52,979 nt of DNA from Octopus bimaculoides (taxonomy: Eukaryota), in the NCBI RefSeq assembly GCF_001194135.2, contig NC_068993.1, forward strand, positions 9,398,423 to 9,451,401. The letters run 5' to 3'. Each line of letters begins with the position of its first letter. Positions within the stretch are counted from its first letter, which is position 1. The translations under genes were made by a program, and so were the position numbers. The notes beneath the pieces were generated by a model, which was given only the letters and a program-made list of their open reading frames with translations, was not told the DNA's origin and searched no databases. This document shows, one piece after another, positions 51,522 to 52,979 of the stretch.

Positions 51522-51864
51522 CTACAAATAGAAATACTGTTTAAATACACCCCATGCACACCACATTGTGCATATGTGCGTATGTGCATATGTGCGTATG
51601 CACTTCTGGTCAAAGAAAATGAAATAGTTATCCACACTGATCTAATTTTGGATATTATGAAGCTTTGCCAGTGGCCTTATATGAATTACACTTTCCAACA
51701 AACCACTATATTTTACATACATACATATATTGTATGTGTGTGTATATATATATATATGTGTATATATGAAGAACACATTTTTACAGGTTTTGGTAAGCTA
51801 TTTACATCTTTAATGCCTTACCTCTTCACAATTGCTGGCCTTTTACTTCATTATTGTTGGTGTC

Positions 51865-52075
51865 GTTAAGATAATGAGCTGACAGAATTATTAACAGGCC
51901 AGACAAAATGCTTAGTAGCAATTTTGTCTGTCTCCACATAGTGAGTTCAAACTTTGCTGGGGTTGACCATGCCTTTCATGCTTTCAGGGTCGATAAATTA
52001 AGTACCAGTTGAGTACAGGGGGTGTCAACGTAATCGACTATCACCCTCCCCAAAATTTCAGTCTGTGTGCCTTTT
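51865..52075 (+). mobile_element. SINE family B
   Basis: gagctgacagaatt..gagttcaaac..cagggtcgataaattaagtaccag. Confidence 0.8.
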
Positions 52076-52084
52076 TTTAAAAAT

Positions 52085-52575
52085 TTTTTACTCGTTTCAG
52101 TCATTCGACTGCAGCCAAACTGGAGCACCGCCTTAATTGAACTTGACCCCAGGACTTATTCTTTGTAAGCCTAGTACTTATTCTATCGGTCTCTTTTACC
52201 AAACCACTAAGTTACGAGGACATAAACACACTGTCAAGCGATGGGGGGAGGGACACACAGACACACAAATACATACATATATATTTACTCCCACCCATAC
52301 CTAGTATTCAATTGTGATATTGCCATGGTCATTCATGACTGTAGGGGGTCTTTACCCTTCATATATATAAGAGAGAGAGAGAGAGAGAAAGAGATACAGA
52401 TACGAACATACAATGGGCTTCTTTTTAGTTTCTGTCAACCAAATGCACCAACAAGACTTTAGTAGACCTACAGCTTATAGTAAAAGGCACTTATCTGAGT
52501 GTTGAGCAATGGGACTGAACCCAAGACCACATGGTTGGAAAGCATTGCTTTTCAAACAAATAACCACGCCTGCAC
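52085..52575 (-). mobile_element. SINE family A with an expanded or inserted middle
   Basis: Tail 52085-52270, extra unique and (GA)n segment, head 52410-52575. Confidence 0.8.
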
Positions 52576-52942
52576 GTACGGACATATGTACGTGTGTATG
52601 TATATTGTTTGCTTCTTTCTCATATCTATATTTCTAATCTAAGACTTCAAAAGTATCCCACAAACAAAATATTTAAATAAAATGACTTTTAAAGAGGAAG
52701 AATGGTGGGTTATTGTTTTTCTTTATTCTCATTTTCCTTCTGTTTTTTTGTTTTATTTGTTGATTTTCTTTTCAAAATTTTGCAAGATTTCATTTTAATC
52801 TAAAACAGTAAATACTGAAAAAAACATATATGTGTGTGTGTATTCTGCTTATAATTGAATACACATGTTAATGCATATGTGTAAATATATACGTGATTGT
52901 GTGCATGTATGTATGGATGTGTAAATAGACACATATGCACAC

Positions 52943-52979
<37 letters not shown>

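Overview
AT-rich eukaryotic intronic or intergenic DNA. The repeat families look like those of octopus (coleoid cephalopod); this is an inference from recalled family motifs, not a database result. The window is dominated by at least four tRNA-headed SINE families, many 5'-truncated RTE LINE 3' ends, decayed RTE RT fragments, two R4/Dong-type restriction-like-endonuclease fragments, an AP-endonuclease relic, small non-autonomous DNA elements, micro/minisatellites and six N gaps. No complete or nameable protein-coding gene is visible, and nearly all listed ORFs are microsatellite or gap artefacts. Several unique patches have splice signals around open frames, but their strand is ambiguous. The most notable items are: three Penelope-type minimal hammerhead-ribozyme motifs; an 18-nt microexon candidate with an upstream UGC; a ~190-bp fold-back MITE; a SINE flanked by a ~100-bp duplication containing a 33-bp inversion; minisatellites born inside mobile elements; and dense inverted repeat pairs that could form dsRNA. 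Repeat boundaries are approximate (about 10-20 bp) unless a TSD is quoted.
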